Source: Octopus bimaculoides
Lineage: Eukaryota
Assembly: GCF_001194135.2 (NCBI RefSeq)
Contig: NC_068992.1
Coordinates: 10,777,833-10,841,832, forward strand
Reading direction: 5' to 3'
Length of the DNA stretch: 64,000 nucleotides
Both the position numbers and the translations under genes were made by a program. The notes below the pieces were generated by a model that was given only the letters and a program-made list of their open reading frames with translations, did not search any database and was not told the DNA's origin. Of the stretch, positions 53,002-64,000 are shown piece by piece. The first letter of the stretch is position 1; each line of letters opens with the position of its first letter.

Positions 53002-54114
53002 TATCATCATTGTTTTAACATTCACCTTTCCATGCTTGCAATGGTCGACATAATTTGTTGAAGCAGATATTCTACAACTAGATTCTCTGCCTGATACAAA
53101 TCCTCATTTGTTTCCCAGCAAAGAAATATTTCCCATGGTCCTTCAAGCAAAAACAGCACAATGGCTGAACATCTTTCCATGGAAGATTACAAGTAGGAAG
53201 GCAACATTTCTTAATAAAAGCCCATGATGTCAGGATGAGGAGATATGAACATGTATACACACACATACAGTATAGATGAATAATTCCAAATTTTGCTTCA
53301 CAGCCACAAAGTCTTGATTTCCATTGCACAGCATGACATCTTTGGTCAACTACCATTTTCGATTGGCTCAGGGTGATCAAAATCTTGTGAATGAAACTGG
53401 GTTAACAAAAACTGTATAGAAGACCACCAAGTGAATTGTACCGATAATTCTAACAGACACAGCTTGTTGTACATTGTGTCACACCGTCTGAGAAATATAT
53501 ATGTGTGTGTGTATATATATATATATATAATTCTTTCACATGTTTTAGCCCTAGCAACACAAACACACACATATTTATACACATATACACATATATGTAT
53601 ATATGTATATGCATAAGTATACAGATGCATATACATGTACATAAACATATATATANNNNNNNNNNNNNNNNNNNNNNNNNNNNNNNNNNNNNNNNNNNNN
53701 NNNNNNNNNNNNNNNNNNNNNNNNNNNNNNNNNNNNNNNNNNNNNNNNNNNNNNNNNNNNNNNNNNNNNNNNNNNNNNNNNNNNNNNNNNNNNNNNNNNN
53801 NNNNNNNNNNNNNNNNNNNNNNNNNNNNNNNNNNNNNNNNNNNNNNNNNNNNNNNNNNNNNNNNNNNNNNNNNNNNNNNNNNNNNNNNNNNNNNNNNNNN
53901 NNNNNNNNNNNNNNNNNNNNNNNNNNNNNNNNNNNNNNNNNNNNNNNNNNNNNNNNNNNNNNNNNNNNNNNNNNNNNNNNNNNNNNNNNNNNNNNNNNNN
54001 NNNNNNNNNNNNNNNNNNNNNNNNNNNNNNNNNNNNNNNNNNNNNNNNNNNNNNNNNNAACTATCAATGGCTGATAGTTAGCAAGGTGAGACACACATAA
54101 GAAAGAAGGAAACA

Positions 54115-54161
54115 AAGGACCACTGATGAGGTCACAGAAGTGTGACGAAAGAACTCTGGCC
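54115..54161 (+). ncRNA. Minimal type I hammerhead ribozyme motif, probably from a Penelope-like element pseudo-LTR
   Basis: CCA(54120-22) CTGATGA(54123-29) G GTCACA-GAAG-TGTGAC (perfect 6-bp stem II) GAAA(54147-50) G-AA-C TC | TGG(54157-59); stem I CCA/TGG; predicted cleavage after C54156. Confidence 0.75.
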
Positions 54162-54330
54162 GAAATAAGATTAAGATTAAGATTAATGTAATATAAAGCT
54201 GAAAAAAAAAATAATAAATAACACCAAATATACAGTGCGTGTGTTTTTATTGGCTAAACTGGCAATATGACCATCCCCAAGTACAACAACATCTGTTTCA
54301 ACACACGATTTCACATAAAAAATCTTGCAA

Positions 54331-54367
<37 letters not shown>

Positions 54368-55108
54368 CCAAATGATGAAAGAAAGATATCTATATAACTA
54401 TTTCTACATCTGTATCCATTTATTTACGTATTTATATATATCTGTATACCTGTTGACATGTATTTATATGTATATGGATGCACACACACACACACACACT
54501 CACTTATATGAATAAATACGTAAACATGTAATTATGCCTATCTCTGCGTATGATAGAGATTATTGGAAATATATAATTGAAATTCATTTAATTTTTCCTG
54601 AGTCTTTCAGAAAAATAAAGTAATTTTCGCTGTTTTGTATTGGTTTCAATTATAAACCTGATAAATATTTCCAATAAATGTCTTTATTCATGTGCAAACC
54701 AATCATATTTAAATCATTTACGAATATATTAAGTGGAGCAAGACATTCTTCACGTTCTTTGTGTGAAAAGACATCTTAATATGCATAATAATAACAATAA
54801 TAACAGCAACAAAACCACCACCACCAACAACAACAATAATAATGTTTTCTGAATGGATGGTGGTAACAGCAACATTTTGTTTATTGGCCACAAGGGTTCA
54901 CAGAGATACAAAAAGGATATGAAACTTTTTCTACTTGTTACAAAGAAAGAAAAGATAATTTGTCGTGCGAAAAAGAAACATTTACAAATTACCAGAGATG
55001 GGGTTAAGAGATGTCAAAATGTAAATGGAAGGAAGTAGTAAGAATTTTAAAAGTGTACTCACATTTATACACCAATGGATTTGGAATCATACATATATAT
55101 ATATATAA

Positions 55109-55141
<33 letters not shown>

Positions 55142-55182
55142 TATTGCACACATATATGCATGCATATACATTTATAAATATG

Positions 55183-55493
55183 GCACTTGTGTCGGTGGCA
55201 CGTGAAAAGACATTCGAGCGAGATCGTTGCCAGTGCTGCTGGACTGGCTCCTGTGCAGGTGGCACGTAAAATACACCATTTTGAGCATGGCCATTGCCAG
55301 TACCACCTGACTGGCCTTCGTGCCGGTGGCACGTAAAAGCACCCACTACACTCTCGGAGTGGTTGGCGTTAGGAAGGGCATCCAGCTGTAGAAACTCTGC
55401 CAAATCAGATTGGAGCCTGGTGTAGCCATCTGGATCACCAGTCCTCAGTCAAATCGTCCAACCCATGCTAGCATGGAAAGTAGACGTTAAACA
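55183..55493 (+). mobile_element. RTE 3' UTR copy with three internal GGTGGCACGT-headed repeats
   Basis: GGTGGCACGT(G/A)AAA recurs at ~55195, ~55258 and ~55326; palindrome at 55463-55476. Confidence 0.87.
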
Positions 55494-55511
55494 ATGGATA
55501 GATGCACATAT

Positions 55512-55655
55512 AGGCACAAGCGTGGCTGTGTGGTAAGAAGCTTGCTTCCCAACTACATGATCTTGGGTTCGGTCATACTGTATGGAACCTTGGGCAAGTG
55601 TCTTCTACTATTGCCTTGAGCTGATGAAAGCCTTGTGTATGGATTTGGGAGATGG
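55512..55655 (+). mobile_element. CORE-like SINE 5' half
   Basis: GGCTGTGTGGTAAGAAGCTTGCTTCCCAAC..CCTTGGGCAAGTGTCTTCTACTAT. Confidence 0.8.
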
Positions 55656-55769
55656 TCAGTTAATAAGTCATTCTCATTTTCTACTTCTCATACACACATA
55701 TATATATACATGTAGGTACATAATATATACAGAGAGGCATAAATATAATATATAAATAAAAACAATTTA

Positions 55770-55774
<5 letters not shown>

Positions 55775-55858
<84 letters not shown>
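55775..55858. repeat. (TAA)n microsatellite
   Basis: Direct reading. Confidence 0.97.
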
Positions 55859-55860
<2 letters not shown>

Positions 55861-56245
55861 TGCACCACAAATGCTATATAGTTGATATTATATGCCCCTT
55901 TGAGGCATGAATAGTCAAGAAGGAGGGCAAAAAGATATATAAGTACAACCCCTTTAAGTACGAAATAACTCAGCTATAGAAAATGGAGAAGGTGAGGATA
56001 GTGCCAATTATTGTTGGGTCCTTTGGAATAGTACCAGAAGGCATCAAGGGGAATATAAAGGAAATTGGAATAGATTGCCCAGTAGAACTGTTATAAAAAG
56101 TTTGCCTCCTTGGCACGGCCAGGATAACCAGGAAAGTATTAGATAGCTGAAAAGAATGAATTGCATGGTACCGTAGGCTACAGGTAGTAAGCTTGTCATG
56201 CATGCAAGACTCCAGGAGCTCCAGCAAAACCTGTGATAAAGAGAA
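55859..56245 (+). mobile_element. Second, decayed R4/Dong-like endonuclease 3' fragment, flanked by (TAA)n on both sides
   Basis: Frame from 55866: HKCYIVDIICPFEA*IVKKEGKKIYKY..EITQL*KMEKVRIVPIIVGSFG..VCLLGTARITRKVLDS* (stop 56148-50); (TAA)n at 55775-55858 and from ~56247. Confidence 0.87.
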
Positions 56246-56848
56246 ATAATAATAATAATAATGATAATTATAATGATAATAATTAAAACTTAGTGTCTTG
56301 TCATCATTATGTTGAAAGAATATTCTATTCTAATTTCAGTTACTAGTTTTGGGAGCATTGTTACTGTGTTATTATTGTTTAACCCTCGGCCAGCTCTGAT
56401 GAAGTATTACAGTCACAATGATCCAATGATATTTCCAGACATAGCACATGAAAGACAACACTATTCAGTAATTTCTGCATTTATTTTAAAGATTCTAAAG
56501 TATAATCTGAGAGATCTGGTTGTTATTTCTAGCAAAATGAGAGAACCAATTAAAGGCTTGCCTGTTTGACACAATTATTAGTGTCTATTTTGGATGTGAA
56601 AAATAAAAACAAATTTATGTAGACAAGCTACAAGAAAATTTGGACCATTTTAAGTATTAAATTTATTTATTCAAGTGATTATTTTCTCTAGTTGACTGAA
56701 TATATGTCTTGGCATTATTTTTATTGCTTCATACCTTGTACTTAGAAATAAAGAACACAGAATTAGTATACTTTTATTGGTAACCAATATAATTTTATCA
56801 TGCTGTTTATTTAACTATTATCTATCTATATCTGTTTACTTACGTACA

Positions 56849-56898
<50 letters not shown>

Positions 56899-56972
56899 CC
56901 TATTTATCTATCTACCTATCTACCTATCTACCTATCTCTATCTACCTATCTATCTATCGATCTATATTACTT

Positions 56973-57049
<77 letters not shown>

Positions 57050-57189
57050 GAATACACACATACACACATATACACAAACACACACACATATATATATATA
57101 AACATATACATACATTCATACACATATATACACATTCATACATACACATACATACATACAATGGAGTATTGGATAGATTGCTTCCAAGT

Positions 57190-57275
57190 ATTTATTCTAG
57201 CACACTGAGTTCAAATTTTGTTGAAGTCAACTTTATCTTTCATCATTTCAGGGTTGATTGTATTACTAGGAGTAA
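57190..57275 (+). mobile_element. Same-core SINE fragment
   Basis: CTGAGTTCAAATTTTGTTGAAGTCAACTTTATCTTTCATCATTTCAGGGTTGA. Confidence 0.6.
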
Positions 57276-57526
57276 TTATTTTCTCTCTCTCTCTCCTCTT
57301 TCTGTCTCTATCTCTGTCTGTCTCTTCACTTCTCACTCTCTCCTCTCTTACTCTATCAAAGAAATTGATTGTGTTCAGGTCAAGAAAAAGATAGGTCCAA
57401 CCAGGTTTAAAATGCATACGATACATGTCCCAAAGGCACACCTGTAGCATCAGGAGGTGATATAATAAGGAATTATATGTACAGAATATATATATATATG
57501 TGTGTGTGTGTGTGTACATACATGCA

Positions 57527-57575
<49 letters not shown>

Positions 57576-60469
57576 NNNNNNNNNNNNNNNNNNNNNNNNN
57601 NNNNNNNNNNNNNNNNNNNNNNNNNNNNNNNNNNNNNNNNNNNNNNNNNNNNNNNNNNNNNNNNNNNNNNNNNNNNNNNNNNNNNNNNNNNNNNNNNNNN
57701 NNNNNNNNNNNNNNNNNNNNNNNNNNNNNNNNNNNNNNNNNNNNNNNNNNNNNNNNNNNNNNNNNNNNNNNNNNNNNNNNNNNNNNNNNAATATCATAAG
57801 ATAAAGATAATAAAATGAATACACGTGTTTCATAACTAATTTTCAAATAGAAAGAAAATTTAAATCGATTAAAATCAATAAAAACTATCGAAAATCAATT
57901 CTATTAAAAAATATAGCTAATCTTCAGGTCAAAATACAATAATAATAATAATAATAATAATAATATTAATAATAATAATAATATTAATAATAAATGAATG
58001 TATATATCAACCAACAATAAATAACAAATGAATTTATATAAAAATATTAAAAATATCAAAATAATAAACATTCCATAATCAACCCTACGTCCACTATAAT
58101 ATATGCTAACAGGTATATTATATACAAAAACCGAATTAAACAAATTTATTATACACACACCCATATATATACATATATACTAAAATACGCACACTCATAA
58201 ATAAACATATATCCATACATATACACATACCCATATGTATATACAAAAAAGCCAACATATACATACATATACACATAAAAATACACAGACTGTAAAACAC
58301 TCACATATATAAATAAATAAAAAAAAGGAATAGTATAAACAAATACACAATCAGTAACGCCCTCAGACATATTATATATATATATATACTCACATGTATA
58401 CACACAAATATATACAGAAACACATATATATATAAATATAAATACATACGTATACATATATACATACACACAAATATAAATATACATACAAACACATATA
58501 GACTAAAACACACACACTCACATGTATACATATACACATACATATGCATATATATAAAGTATCTAAAATATTAATATCAGCAAAGTAGTTTATGGCTATA
58601 TTTAATTTGCCGTTCGTTAAAAGAATTGATTAATGTATCTGAATGTTTATATCAGTAATGTAGTTTATGACTATATTTAATTTGGCGTTCGTGAAACGAA
58701 TTGAATAATGTATCTGAAATGTTTATATCAGTGAAGTAGTTTTTGTCTACATTTAATTTGCCGTTCATGAAAAGAATTGAGTAATGTATCTGAAATGTTT
58801 GTATCAGTGAAGTAGTTTTTGTCTACATTTAATTTGCCATTCGTCAAAAGCATTGAGTAATGTATCTGAAATATATATAACAGTAAAGTAGTTTATGTCT
58901 ACATTTAATTTGCCGTTCCTGAAACAAATTGAGTAATTTATCTGAAATGTTTATATCAGTAAAGTAGTTTATGTCTACATTTAATTAGCCTTTCGTGAAA
59001 GGAACTGAGAGTTGTTTATGTCTACATTTAATTTGCCGTTCGTGAAAGGAATTGGGTAATGTATCTAAATTGTTTATATCAGTAAAGTTGTTTATGTCTA
59101 CATTTAATTTGCCGTTCGTGAAAGGAATTGAGTAATGTATCTGGGATGTTTATATTAGTAAAGTTGTTTATGTCCACATTTAATTAGCCGTTCGTGAAAG
59201 GAATTGAGTAATGTAACTGGAATATTTATAACAGTAAAGTAGTTTATGTATACATTTAATTTGCTGTTCGTGAAAAGAATTAAGTAAAGCATCTAAAATA
59301 TTAACATTAGTAAAGTAGTTTATGTCTACATTTATTTTGCCGTTCGTGAAACGTNNNNNNNNNNNNNNNNNNNNNNNNNNNNNNNNNNNNNNNNNNNNNN
59401 NNNNNNNNNNNNNNNNNNNNNNNNNNNNNNNNAAATGTTTGTATCAGTGAAGTAGTTTTTGTCTACATTTAATTTGCCATTCGTCAAAAGCATTGAGTAA
59501 TGTATCTGAAATATATATAACAGTAAAGTAGTTTATGTCTACATTTAATTTGCCGTTCCTGAAACAAATTGAGTAATTTATCTGAAATGTTTATATCAGT
59601 AAAGTAGTTTATGTCTACATTTAATTAGCCTTTCGTGAAAGGAACTGAGAGTTGTTTATGTCTACATTTAATTTGCCGTTCGTGAAAGGAATTGAGTAAT
59701 GTATCTGGGATGTTTATATTAGTAAAGTTGTTTATGTCCACATTTAATTAGCCGTTCGTGAAAGGAATTGAGTAATGTAACTGGAATATTTATAACAGTA
59801 AAGTAGTTTATGTATACATTTAATTTGCTGTTCGTGAAAAGAATTAAGTAAAGCATCTAAAATATTAACATTAGTAAAGTAGTTTATGTCTACATTTATT
59901 TTGCCGTTCGTGAAACGTATTTAGTAATGTGTCTGAATGTTTATATCAATAAAGTAGTTTATGTATACATTTAATTTGCCGTTTGTGAAAACAGTTGGGT
60001 AATGTATCTAAATTATCTATATTAGTAAAGTTGTTTATGTATACATTTAATTTGCCGTTCGTGAAAGGTATTGAGTAATGTATCTGGATGTTTATAGTAG
60101 TAAAGTTGTTTATGTCTACATTTAATTTGCCGTTCATGAAAGGAATTGAGTAATGTATCTGGGATGTTAATAGTAGTAAAGTTGTTTATGTCTACATTTA
60201 ATTTGCCGTTCGTGAAAGGAATTGAGTAATGTATCTGGGATGTTTATAGTAGTAAAGTTGTTTATGTCAACATTTAATTTGCTGCTCGTGAAAAGAATTA
60301 CGTAAAGTATCTAAAATATTAATATTAGTAAAGTAGTTTGTCTACATTTATTTTGCCGTTCGTGAAAGAAATTTAGTAATGTCTGAATGTTTATATCAGT
60401 AAAGTAATTTATGTATACATCTAATTTGCCGTTTTTGAAAAGAACTGGGTAATGTATCTAAATTATATA

Positions 60470-60518
60470 CCAGCATGGCCGCAGTCAAATGACTGAAACA
60501 AGTAAAAGAGTAAAAGAG
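60470..60518 (+). mobile_element. 5'-truncated SINE 3' tail inserted in a satellite monomer
   Basis: CCAGCATGGCCGCAGTCAAATGACTGAAACAAGTAAAAGAGTAAAAGAG matches the SINE tails at ~26345-26390, ~38565-38612 and ~40625-40670, and interrupts an otherwise normal monomer. Confidence 0.88.
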
Positions 60519-61228
60519 TATTAGTAAAGTTGTTTATGTCTACATTTAATTTGCCGTTCGTGAAAAGAATTGAGTAATGTATCTTAATGGTTCTATTAGT
60601 AAATTTGGTTATGACTACATTTAATTTGCAGTTCATGAAAAGAATTGAGTAATGTATCTGAAATGTTTATATCAGTGAAGTAGTTTACGTATACATTTAA
60701 TTTGCCGTTCGTGAAACGAATTTAGTAATTTGTCTGAATGTTTATATCAGTAAAGTTGTTTATTTATACATTTAATTTGCCGTTTGTGAAAAGAAATGGG
60801 TAATGTATATGGGATGTTTATATTAGTAAAGTTGTTTATGTCTACAATTTATTTGCCGTTCGTGAAAGGAGATGAGTAATGTATCTGAGATGTTTATATT
60901 AGTAAAGTTGTTTATGTCTACATTTAATTTGCCGTTCGTGAACAAAATTGAGTAATGTATCTGGAATATTTATAACAGTAAAGTAGTTTATGTCTACATT
61001 TACTTTACTGATATAAACATTCAGACATTTAATTAGCCGTTCGTGAAAGGAATTGAGAGTTGTTTATGTCTACATTTAATTTGCCGTTCGTGAAAGGAAT
61101 TGGGTAATGTATCTAAATTGTTTATATCAGTAAATTTGTTTATGTCTACATTTAATTTGCCGTTCATGAAAGGAATTGAGTAATGTATCTGGGATGTTTA
61201 TATTAGTAAAGTTGTTTATGTCTACATT

Positions 61229-63022
61229 TACTTTACTGATATAAACATTCAGACACATTACTAAATTAGACATATTACTAAATTTCTTTCACGAACGGCA
61301 AATTAAATGTAGACAAACTACTTTACTAATATTAAAATATTAGATACTTTACTTAATTCTTTTCACGAACAGCAAATTAAATGTATACATAAACTAATTT
61401 ACTGTTATAAATATTCCAGATGCATTACTCATCTGCTTTCACGAACGGCAAATTTAATGTAGACATAAACAACTTTACTACACTATTAACATCCCAGATA
61501 CATTACTCAATTCCTTTCATGAATGGCAAATTAAATGTATACATAAACTACTTTACTGTTACAAATATTCCAGATACATTACTCATCTGCTTTCACGAAC
61601 GGCACATTTAATGTAGACATAAACAACTTTACTACACTACTATTAACATCCCAGATACATTACTCAATTCCTTTCATGAATGGCAAATTAAATGTATACA
61701 AACTACTTTACTGATATAAACTTCCAGATACATTACTCAATTCCTTTCACGAACGGCAATTTAAATGTAGACATAAACAACTTTACTAATATAAACAATT
61801 TAGATACATTACCCAATTCTTGTCGCGAACGGCAAATTAAATGTATACAAACTACTTTACTGATATAAACAGTCAGACACATCATTCAATTCCTTTCACG
61901 AACGGCAAATTAAATGTAGGCATAAACAACTTTACTAATATAAACATCCCAGATACATTACCCAATTCTATTCAGAACCGGAAAATGAATGTATACATAA
62001 ACTACTTTACTGATATAAACATTCAGACACGTTACAAAATTCGTTTCACGAACGGCAAATTAAATGTAGACATAAACTACTTTACTAATGTTAATATTTT
62101 AGATACTTTACTTAATTCTTTTCACGAACAGCAAATTAAATGTAGACATAAACAACGTCACTAATATAAACTTCCCAGATACAGTACTCAGTTCGATACA
62201 TTACTCAATTCCTTTCACGAACGGCAAATTAAATNNNNNNNNNNNNNNNNNNNNNNNNNNNNNNNNNNNNNNNNNNNNNNNNNNNNNNNNNNNNNNNNNN
62301 NNNNNNNNNNNNNNNNNNNNNNNNNNNNNNNNNNATTAAATGTAGACATAAACAACTTTACTAATATAAACATCCCAGATACATCACTCATTTACTTTCA
62401 CGAATGGCAAATTAAATGTAAACATAAACAACTTTACTACTATAAACATCCCAGATACATTACTCAATTCCTTTCAGGGACGGCAAATTAAATGTAGACA
62501 TAAACAACTTTACTGATATAAACGTCCAAGATACATTACCCAATTCTTTTCAGAAACGGCAAATTAAATGAATACATAAACTATTTTACTGATATAAACA
62601 TTCAGACACATTACAAAATTCGTTTCACGAACGGCAAATTAAATGTAGACATAAACTACTTTACTAATGTTAATATTTTAGATACTTTACTTAATTCTTT
62701 TCACGAATAGCGAATTAAATGTATACATAAACTACTTTAATGTTATAAATATTCCAGTTACATTACTCAATTCCTTTCACGAACGGCAAATTAAATGTAG
62801 ACATAAACAACTTTACTAATATAAATACTAATATAAACATCCCAGATACATTACTCAATTCCTTTCACGAACGGCAAATTAAATGCAGACATAAACAACT
62901 TTACTAATGTATATAATTTAGATACGTTACCCAAAAACGGCAAATTAAATTTATACAAACTAATTTACTGATATAAACATCCAGATACATTACTTAATTA
63001 CTTTTAGGAACGGCAAATTAAA
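61229..63022 (-). repeat. Inverted block of the 76-bp satellite
   Basis: Monomers read as the reverse complement (TTCACGAACGGCAAATTAAATGTAGACATAAAC) between 61229 and ~63022, and forward on both sides. Confidence 0.93.
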
Positions 63023-64000
63023 TTGAGTAATGTATCTTAATGGTTCTATTAGTAAATTTGTTTATGACTACATTTAATTTGCCGTTTATGAAAAGAATTG
63101 GGTAATGTATCTGAAATGTTTATATCAGTGAAGTAGTTTACGTATTACATTTAATTTGCCGTTCGTGAAACGAATTTAGTAATTTGTCTGAATGTTTATA
63201 TCAGTAAAGTAGTTTATTTATACATTTAATTTGCCGTTCGTGAAAGGAATTGAGTGTTGTTTATGTCTACATTTAATTTGCCGTTCGTGAAAGTAATCGG
63301 GTAATGTATCTAAATTGTTTATATCAGTAAATTTGTTTATGTCTACATTTAATTTGCTGTTCGTGAAAGCAATTGAGTAATGTATCTGGGATGTTTATAT
63401 TAGTAAAGCTGTTTATGTCTACATTTAATTAGCCGTTCGTGAAAGGAATTGAGTAATGTAACTGGAATATTTATAACAGTAAAATAGTTTATGTATACAT
63501 TTAATTTGCCGTTTCTGAATAGAATTGGGTAATGTATCTGGAATGTTTATATTACTAAAGTTGTTTATGTCTACATTTAATTTGCCGTTCGTGAAAGGAA
63601 TTGAGTAATGTATCTGGGATGTTTATAGTAGTAAAGTTGTTTATGTCTACATTTAATTTGCCGTTCGTGAAAGGAGATGAGTAATGTATCTGGGATATTT
63701 ATATTAGTAAAGTTGTTTATGTCTACATTTAATTTGCCGTTCGTGAAAGGAATTGAGTACAGTATCTGGGATGTTTATAGTAGTAAAGTTGTTTATGTCT
63801 ACATTTAATTTGCCGTTCGTGAAATAAATTGAGTAATGTATCTGGAATATTTATAACAGTAAAGTAGTTTATGTATACATTTAATTTGCCGTTCGTGAAA
63901 GAAATTGAGTAATGTATCTGGAATATTTATAACAGTAAAGTAGTTTATGTATACATTTAATTTGCTGTTCGTGAAAAGAATCAAGTAAAGTATCTAAAAT

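Larger units (their letters stand above)
58555..64000. repeat. 76-bp tandem satellite DNA array (runs off the window end)
   Basis: Consensus GTAAAGTTGTTTATGTCTACATTTAATTTGCCGTTCGTGAAAGGAATTGAGTAATGTATCTGGGATGTTTATATTA; period measured at 59082->59158 = 76 bp; dozens of diverged copies; gaps at 59355-59432 and 62235-62334. Confidence 0.97.

Noticed and set aside
59114-59131. CENP-B box in the monomer (TTCGTGAAAGGAATT)
   Set aside because: It matches TTCG....A but lacks the required CGGG.
59946-62164. ORFs in the satellite (FTNGKLNVDINNFTNINIPDTL repeats)
   Set aside because: The 76-bp period shifts frame every unit and deletions are frame-indifferent, so there is no sign of coding constraint.
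58555-64000. CRISPR array
   Set aside because: Contiguous monomers with no unique spacers, no cas genes, and a eukaryotic context.

Overview
This is a repeat-saturated, AT-rich eukaryotic window from a gapped assembly (16 N-runs, most flanked by (TA)n). The repeat content (compound TA/CA/TACA/TATC microsatellites, several tRNA-headed SINEs, RTE 3' tails ending in (GAT)n) looks like an octopus genome; this is pattern recognition, not a search result. I find no complete protein-coding gene, rRNA, true tRNA or CRISPR array. Nearly all supplied ORFs are translated microsatellites or run through N gaps. Supportable content: (1) a 76-bp satellite array from ~58.6 kb to the end, with higher-order structure, an internal ~1.8-kb inversion and a retroposon-tail insertion; (2) a minimal type I hammerhead ribozyme motif at 54115-54161, of the kind found in Penelope-like elements; (3) a decayed Helitron Rep (HUH) fragment; (4) LINE fragments of three kinds (RTE, R4/Dong-like with a restriction-like endonuclease in (TAA)n, CR1/Jockey-like); (5) many SINEs, several with clear target-site duplications (TSDs), nesting, or a recurrent dimer; (6) piggyBac-, Tc1- and hAT-type non-autonomous DNA elements and a foldback-like inverted repeat; (7) a few weak candidate exons and cis-regulatory clusters. 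Family names come from recalled motifs, and repeat boundaries are approximate unless a TSD is given.
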